Shown here piece after piece: positions 56,386-64,000 of a DNA stretch of 64,000 nt. The translations under genes and the position numbers were made by a program. The notes below the pieces were generated by a model that saw only the letters and a list, made by a program, of their open reading frames with translations, did not search any database and had not been told where the DNA came from. Within the stretch, counting starts at the first letter, position 1; the number at the start of each line of letters is the position of its first letter. The stretch is from positions 4,960,001 to 5,024,000 of the forward strand of contig CM022667.1 of assembly GCA_012295275.1 (NCBI GenBank), in the 5' to 3' direction. Origin of the DNA: Chrysomallon squamiferum (Eukaryota; Animalia; Mollusca).

Positions 56386-57777
56386 GGCATCGTTTCTCCG
56401 CCTGCAGCCGATCAGCCCTTGGCATTGTTATTTATTGGCCGAACAGGAAGTGGCAAAACGTCCATATGTCAGACCCTCAGTGAAAGCACTGACCTCGTGA
56501 CCGGAAGTACAAAGGAGAGCACGCTGATCGAGACAAAAGTTGACGGACGTGACGTACGTCTTCTCGATACTCCAGGAACGATCGACAACAAGAACGAACA
56601 CACGCTGAAAGAGATCTCCAGGATATTCACTCTCAACCCCAGCGGGTTCCACGCAGTTTTTTACGTCGTCAAATACGGCGTGAAGATATCGAACGAGGAA
56701 TTTAAACTGGTGGACATGCTGAAGAAACTTTTAGGTGCCGATGTGTTTGGAAACTACGTCGTGGTTGCTATGACAAACGGAGACAGGTTTGGGGAAGACA
56801 AGGAAAAAGGGGTGGTTTCTGGCGAGGTCGAAGATTTCGTCGATCAGCATCAGGGCGTCCTCAAGGACCTTGTGACCGAGTGTAAAGGGAGGCTGGTTGT
56901 TTTCGACACTACAGAGAAGGACGCGGCAAAGAAACGAGAGCAGATCGGTGCTCTTCTGTCTGCGGTTGATGGGATCATCAGTAAGAACGACGGAAAGCGA
57001 CTGGACAACGCTTATTTCAGACTGGCTAGGAAAGAAACGGAAATGCAGGCTTCTATGATGATAATCGGCAATGAAACTGAAGAAGAGAGAATCGCGCTCG
57101 AGGAGAGGATTAAGGAGCACGTAAGCCTGGTGGTCGCGAGGCAGATCAAGAAAGACAACGCGTGGTGTTTTCCAGCAGACGCCGTGGTGCGTCTGTCCAC
57201 TGGAGAGCAAGTCGCAATGGACAGAGTGAAGGTTGGAGACAAAGTGCTGAGTGTCACTGATGACGGGCGTCTCGTACATAGCGAAGTGTATTTGATTGGT
57301 CATGCGGAGAATGACGTCACGTTGCCATGCATCAGAATACGAACATCCAGTTCTTGTATTTGTTTGTCGCCTGGTCATTACATCTTCGTGAACCGTGGCG
57401 CAGAAAAGATGATTCCAATCCTAGCCCGGCAAGTGAGACCGGGAGACGTCGTGTATGTTTGTAAGACGTCTGAAAACACAGATATGAAAGTCGAGGTTGT
57501 CGCTGAAGTTAGTTCCACTCTCTGCCGCGGCAGGTTCGCTCCGTTCACCGACTGCGGGACCGTGGTCGTGAACGACATTTTGGCATCTTGCTATGTTGAA
57601 CTGCTTCCACACTCGGTGTCGCACTTGATGATGTGGCCCGTGAGAAAACTGCACCACGCCTTCCCTGGTGTCCTCGCCCTCGTCTCCTACAGCAGATCAC
57701 ACGGAATTCCGTCATGGGCTCACTGGTGCATGAAACACGTGGTGCCGCGTCTGTCGTTCTTCACTGACAACAAGTGA
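56386..57777 (+). CDS. GIMAP-Hint protein, terminal exon: AIG1/GIMAP GTPase + coiled coil + Hedgehog-type Hint/Hog domain
   Basis: G1 GRTGSGKT (56437-56460), G3 DTPG, GIMAP conserved box PSGFHAVFYV, G4 TNGD, CKGRLVVFD. Then CFPADAVV (Cys at 57166), VKVGDKVL, LSPGH, GRFAPFTDCGTVVVNDILASCY, and an SRR-like SHLMMWPVR...GIPSWAHW tail. Confidence 0.92.
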   Translation, partial: GIVSPPAADQPLALLFIGRTGSGKTSICQTLSESTDLVTGSTKESTLIETKVDGRDVRLLDTPGTIDNKNEHTLKEISRIFTLNPSGFHAVFYVVKYGVKISNEEFKLVDMLKKLLGADVFGNYVVVAMTNGDRFGEDKEKGVVSGEVEDFVDQHQGVLKDLVTECKGRLVVFDTTEKDAAKKREQIGALLSAVDGIISKNDGKRLDNAYFRLARKETEMQASMMIIGNETEEERIALEERIKEHVSLVVARQIKKDNAWCFPADAVVRLSTGEQVAMDRVKVGDKVLSVTDDGRLVHSEVYLIGHAENDVTLPCIRIRTSSSCICLSPGHYIFVNRGAEKMIPILARQVRPGDVVYVCKTSENTDMKVEVVAEVSSTLCRGRFAPFTDCGTVVVNDILASCYVELLPHSVSHLMMWPVRKLHHAFPGVLALVSYSRSHGIPSWAHWCMKHVVPRLSFFTDNK

Positions 57778-59318
57778 ACTGTTTATAGGAAAATCACTTC
57801 CTTAAGACTTTAGATTATTTGTGATCACTAAATAACAAAACAAAAAAAAAAAATGCTGAAAGAAACAGTAACAGTAAAACAGTCTGGCAGTGGTCAAACT
57901 ATTGACCAGATGCTTTCGGTGGCAAGAGCAGATCGGCCTTTCTCAGTGTCAACTGAGTTACGCCAAAACGAAGAAACATTCATATCAAGTTTACGTTTCA
58001 ACAAAACTGCAGCATTTAAAATGCATATCTGCACACCCCCAGTGCACATGAGATTCTTATATATATATATATATATACACTATACAGGAATATCCTGACT
58101 GTGGTGTTTAAAATATCTAACTGGGCTTTCCATATATTTAGTATATTTATATTTAATTAAAATATTTAATTGGGCTTTTCATATATTTAATATATTTATA
58201 TGTAATAAAAAATATTATAGTTATGCTTTATTACATAGATCTATTCTTCTATTATGTAAAATGGTTTGGACTTGTGCGTATTTATTAAAATAAAGCTTTT
58301 GTTTCAAAATGTTTCTTTTCACAACAACAAAAATGAAGTAGGAAACGGATTCAGAGGAACAGAAAAAAATAAGGCAAACTGAAATAGAATTAAGAAATGG
58401 GGAAAATTTATGTTGCTACTTGACAAATACAACTTGTCTGTTTTTTTTTTTTTTTCTTCTTTTTTCTGGTTAAGATTCTGGATTTCATTTTTGAGTACAG
58501 TGATCAATTTTGTTCGTAATTTATAGCAAGACTGTGCATTGGTACCTAATTTCTAGCAGACAAATCTAAATTCTCATTTTTGACTAAATATGCTTGATCT
58601 TTCGATAAATATACATATAATTAATAATAAACAAAATAAAAAAGATTTATGACAAAAATGTTGAAAAAAAAAAAAAAAAAAAATTATATCATCTTGAAAC
58701 ATTTATAACAATATAAACAAAATCTAAAAAAACAACAACGAAACACGTGTAAACTAAAATTAAATGTAACGGTAAAATGTAAATAAAATAACACAACTGA
58801 AGTAAAGATAACATTTCACTTGGTATTATTCTGGTTGTGAACTTTACATTGTTATCGTACAACATTGAGAACGAACAAACCGTTCATTACCAGTCGATTA
58901 TCAACTGCGGTCCCTGACCTTGGCTGATAACCTACGCAGAACAATACTGCTATAAAATACTTCTACAGATGAAATTAGGTCATGGAAGTTCTGATATTTT
59001 GTCTTCATCCACGGACAAGGAACACTAGACGCGGTTTCCTGATAGCGGAATTTGTTGTACATATTCACAGATGAAGCATTAATTTCAAGCTGTTTTAAAA
59101 TGCAGTCTGTCACAAGGTGTCGAGGCTGACTATTCTCGGTCGTAGATGCTTGGCCTAGGATGTGACAGACAATAGGATCAGTTCTCAATACAGTCCACCC
59201 CGGCTGTTTCTTTTAATAGCAGCAATACGCAGAAAAAAACGTGCGTAATTAACAGTATAGTAATAACAACATGAACAGAAATAATTAAAAATAAAAATGA
59301 GGCGGATGATGATGATGA

Positions 59319-59605
<287 letters not shown>

Positions 59606-60935
59606 ATGCTGCTACTACTAATAATGCGTGTGTATATATCTAAACTCCATGTATAATAACAAAAGAAGGAAGAACATGGACTTTTTAAGAATTTGACCTC
59701 AGATTACACTGAAAAATAACAGAATTACAAAAAAAAAAAAAAAAAAAAAAAAAACCGAACAAAAAACATTTAAATTATCGATTACTTACTCTTGTTTTTG
59801 TTGTTTGTATTTTTTGTTTGTTTGTTTGTTTATTTATTTATTTATTTATTTATTTATTCTTTGTTTGTTTTTTTCCCTCACTAAATTCACAGAGTATTCA
59901 GTATAAATTAATTAATAAAGATTCCATGAAAATAAAATTCTGTATAAGTAATACAATCTAACACTGTCGTCTGCTGATTCAGCCTCGTTTTATGTCAGAC
60001 AGTGCTTGACCTGTCGTTGTTATTTCATATTTGGTACACATCACAACCCTATCATTCTTTCATGGCTAAAATTTCTATTCATTTTTATTCCAAAGTACAA
60101 GAAAAAAAAAAAAAAAAAAAAAAATAAAGAAAGAAAGAAAGAAATATTTCGTGGTCAGATGAATGAACGAATACAAAAAATAAGGAATAAATATTTATAT
60201 TTATCACACTCATACACTAATGTCACCATTACTGCTTCTAATACAAGTCACCGGCATCATTATCATTAATGATGATGATGATGATAGTAATAATAATACA
60301 AAACAGATCGGTTTCCATCAGATAGGTATTTAAAAACAAAACAATAACAAAAACAAAAAAGAAAAACAAAAAGGAAAGGAATAGAACTACAAGAAAAAAA
60401 AAAAAAAAATGAAAGAAAGAAAAAGCCGCGGATATAACAAAGACTAGATAGACCATGAGAGAGAAAGATCAAAATAACCGTGTGTGATTTTAGTCAAATA
60501 CATCGTCTTGTACTGAAGGAAATAAACCTGAATGACATCTTCTATTATTATCGCAAAAAAGAAAAATAGCTAAAATAATTTTTGAATTTTCATAGTATTT
60601 AACAGCTCTTCCTCATATTTTATTTATTGTTTCGATGCTTTTTTCCTTCTTTTTATTTTTTTGTTTCTATTATTTTTGTATACTTTTAATTTAACTAGAG
60701 GAAATATTGTTTTTGTGTTATTATTATTATTATTATTAATATTATTATTATTGTCATTATTACCTGAATTTAGTTTAAATAATAATTTATAATTCAATAG
60801 CGGACATTTCTCGGTCACTTTCGTTTTCGAATCGATATTAATTTTAAGTAGTCAGATTTCTACGAAGCAATCGGAAATAATACTTATTTTACCGAACGTT
60901 GCCGATGTTTAACGAAACTAATAAAAAGAAATCGT

Positions 60936-60950
60936 TTCCGGTTGACGTCA
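60936..60950 (+). promoter_or_regulatory. ETS-like TTCCGG plus palindromic CRE (TGACGTCA) upstream of GABARAPL2
   Basis: ttccggttgacgtca about 120 bp upstream of the ATG at 61068. Confidence 0.4.
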
Positions 60951-61067
60951 CAGTCAAGCAAGTAGGAGTCACAAGGAAAACAGTAAAATTACGATAGATC
61001 GAATACTGTGTGCTGCATTTGTTTATTAATTTAATTCGCATTGCAGTGACCAGCGTCAAGGTCAAAG

Positions 61068-61101
61068 ATGAAATTTAAGTTTAAGGAAGAACACACGTTT
61101 G
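61068..61101 (+). CDS. GABARAPL2: GABARAPL2/Atg8 family, exon 1
   Basis: MKFKFKEEHTF-E|gtgagt; 34 bp. Confidence 0.93.
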
Positions 61102-62013
61102 GTGAGTAGTAAATATTTGTTTTGATATTGATAGATTGTTTTTAAAAATGTCTGATCATAGTTTGTTTACATCGTTTTGCTCGTTTTGTTCGGACATTTG
61201 TAACAATTACAGTAACAAATCTTGGTTATCAGAACAATCACAGCTGGAAAATAACATATGGCTTTTAATTTACTGACGCAGTTGGTGTATTCTGAGAAAC
61301 AACCATTGGCAAAGCAAAATAAAAAATATATTAATAACGTCGTCATCGTCATGTTTAATAATTGATGATTGAGTCAACAGGTCAGCTGTCAAAAACTGTT
61401 CTTTGTTTCTTTAAATTTTCATTTCACAATATCATGATGACAGAGTGATAGTACATGCATTATTCAATTGATATATTAGTTATGCATGACTGCCAACAAT
61501 GAAAAATAGCATGTATTACTATTAATATATCATAAACAGACGAGACAAAGGACTATTGTTATCTCCTTTGATTTGATATATACATACTTAAAAATTAATA
61601 TCTTGGAAGTCTTAGCAAAATTGCATGTATTGTAATGTTTAAGAGAATACAATTTTATTTTCAATGCTGATATTATGATCATAATTATGAACTGTATTTT
61701 ATGATAAATTTCAAAATATATTTGATTAAAGTGAAAATTAAACCTGACACAGTCTAAAACTTGCTCATTGTCCATTAGTGAGAACAGTTGTATTTATTTT
61801 TAACTTTGTGTAAACAAGGAAGATTTAACTTTATTGAAGTAATATTTCATTGTAATAACTAGATCAACACATACTGATAACTGTGACAGGAAACGTGTTC
61901 TGAATAAAAATACCCTAACTATTAGTACTTTACACTGTTTAGCAATACATGCACCTAATTACATAAATGTTGTGTGTATATATATATATATGTAATTATT
62001 TATTATTTTTCAG

Positions 62014-62069
62014 AGCAGCGCAAAGCTGAGTCCAACAAAATTCGTTCAAAGTATCCTGATAGAATACCT
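62014..62069 (+). CDS. GABARAPL2: GABARAPL2/Atg8 family, exon 2
   Basis: cag|EQRKAESNKIRSKYPDRIP|gtaagt; 56 bp. Confidence 0.95.
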
Positions 62070-63190
62070 GTAAGTAAAATACATTAATACAGTTCTGACA
62101 TTTTTAATTTTTACATTTTATGTTTCAGTTTATTCACTGTAACAAACTGATAGGATTGCCTGATGTTGAATGTTTATATTTTTTCTATTTATTTTTCTAG
62201 ATAATATTTCTAACAGTTTAAGTTTGGATTCTAAAGATTTCATTTATTAACATTACTTGCATGAAATAGAATTATAAACCAGAAATAGTAACATGCAAAT
62301 TATACAAATCATTAAAAAAAAAAAAAAAAAAAATTTGCTTTGTGGACAAATACATTTTTTGATAAAGAGGCTGAAGAAAACTGAAATAGTTTAAGAAACA
62401 CAAGACAACACAATACATGACAACTTATCTGCTGGAAGATTAGGATTTCGTTCGCTGACAGAACAAAAGAACAATAACTTGAATAGATGATAAGTTAACC
62501 TTCCTGATGTGTTCACTGATTGTTTCACACATCTCTCTGCTCGTCTGTGGTCTGCTACTGCAAAGTTGATACTTAAACACTGACTTGTGATCTTCATAGT
62601 GAAAAACTTTTAAATAATTCTCATCTTGTGAGATAGGTTATTACTGTTAGTAATCAAATCATACATTATAGGCAGCAGCATCACGGTTAAACGTACTTTT
62701 ATAATACAATGTTGGTTTTAAAAATAAATGAATTAAACTTATTAATTAATTAAAGCTATTAATATGTTGGGTTTTTAAAATTTTATTTATGATATCTACG
62801 TTTGCAGGTTATACAACACAATATTTACAGAAACAGAAATAATAAGAACAAACAGGCTGTATATGTATTTACTGATATTTATATCTAATGTTATTACCAA
62901 GCACAGTTAATCTGAATTTATCATGGTTAGCATAGATTGTACACATTGATCAGCAAGCTACAATTCTTTTACTTACATTTTTCCACAGACAAGGAAGCAC
63001 ATACCTCAGATTATTATATGCCTAGTTGGATTGGTAAATAATCTGATGGCTATACAGAGTAGGACAGAAGATTTTTTTTGTCCATCCTTGAGAAATGTTT
63101 AATTCTAATTCACATGCGTGTCTGGTGGTAATGTGCAAGCAAAGTCTGTGTTTTACTGTTTTAAACTGCTTTGACTGTTTATTTACACAG

Positions 63191-63363
63191 GTGATTGTTG
63201 AGAAGGATGTCAAGAGTCAGATACAAAACATAGACAAAAGAAAGTTTTTAGTGCCTAATGACATTTCAGTAGCCCAGTTCATGTGGATCATTCGTAAGAG
63301 AATCCAGTTAGCATCGGAAAAGGCAATCTTTCTGTTTGTGGGAAAAGTCTTGCCACAGTCCAG
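63191..63363 (+). CDS. GABARAPL2: GABARAPL2/Atg8 family, exon 3
   Basis: VIVEK...[37 protein letters not shown]; [21 protein letters not shown] is characteristic of GABARAPL2/GATE-16. Confidence 0.95.
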
Positions 63364-63775
63364 GTAAGTAATTACATATCTCTGATCTTCGTGGATACAA
63401 ATTACACAAGTTTTGTTAACTGTATTTTTTAATAATAATAATAATATGTAACTGAACTGTATTGAGCAGTGGTGTGTGAAAGTATACACCATGTTTATTT
63501 TTTGGTTTATTTATCAGTGTCCATAATAATAGTCTTTCCTTTTTGTGAAGAAATAATTATTTCATTATATAATTTATATTGTAATTTGTATATTTATTAT
63601 CAACCTTGTCAATTCAAAATATAAATAGTTTTGGAAAATGAGGTACCTCTTCTGTTTTGATCTCCCTTTCTCTGTGTTCCACTGCGTGTGAGTGTGTGTC
63701 TTTGTATTCATATGTTTGATGTGTGTGACCTGTTGGTGAATGTTGTTATTTAATTTCTCTTTTTTTATTTTTCAG

Positions 63776-63866
63776 TGCCAGTATGGGACAAGTCTATGAA
63801 GACCACAAAGATGACGATGGTTTTCTGTACATCGCCTACAGTGGAGAAAACACATTTGGAGAATAA
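63776..63866 (+). CDS. GABARAPL2: GABARAPL2/Atg8 family, exon 4
   Basis: cag|[30 protein letters not shown]; 117 aa in total, with the lipidated Gly116 followed by one residue. Confidence 0.95.
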
Positions 63867-64000
63867 AAAATTGTTTGTTACCAGTTTTACTACCTGTCTA
63901 CTTCCACTGTACTGTTGTCACAACAACTGTGAATAACAAAACTTGTGTGTCTGCTGAATGTTGCAATTTTCTTTTAACATGGCATCTGTTGCTTTGAACA

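Noticed and set aside
57166-57600. True intein or a hedgehog gene
   Set aside because: No C-terminal His-Asn splice junction or endonuclease, and the domain ends in ASCY plus an SRR as Hog domains do. No Hedge signalling domain or signal peptide is present.

Overview
AT-rich, microsatellite-dense animal genomic DNA with spliceosomal GT-AG introns. Gene content is consistent with an invertebrate such as a mollusc, but the taxon cannot be fixed from this window. Seven protein-coding genes can be reconstructed by hand. (1) RBIS/C8orf59-like ribosome biogenesis factor (minus strand, 3 exons). (2) A secreted serine beta-lactamase/PBP-fold hydrolase with five C-terminal BTRD1 (polyglycine-hydrolase-type) repeats; its signal-peptide exon lies 15.7 kb upstream of one large GC-rich exon. 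(3) GINS3/Psf3. (4, 5) Two tandem paralogous ~85-aa hydrophobic membrane microproteins. (6) A ~1200-aa protein with a long acidic repeat arm, an AIG1/GIMAP GTPase and a C-terminal Hedgehog-type Hint/Hog autoprocessing domain. (7) GABARAPL2/Atg8 immediately downstream. The standout is the GIMAP-Hog fusion, a candidate self-cleaving, self-lipidating cytosolic immune GTPase, sitting next to GABARAPL2, the known partner of mammalian GIMAP6. Several single-base frameshifts in the two large exons fall in short homopolymers and look like assembly errors. Most other ORFs in the supplied track are microsatellite artefacts.
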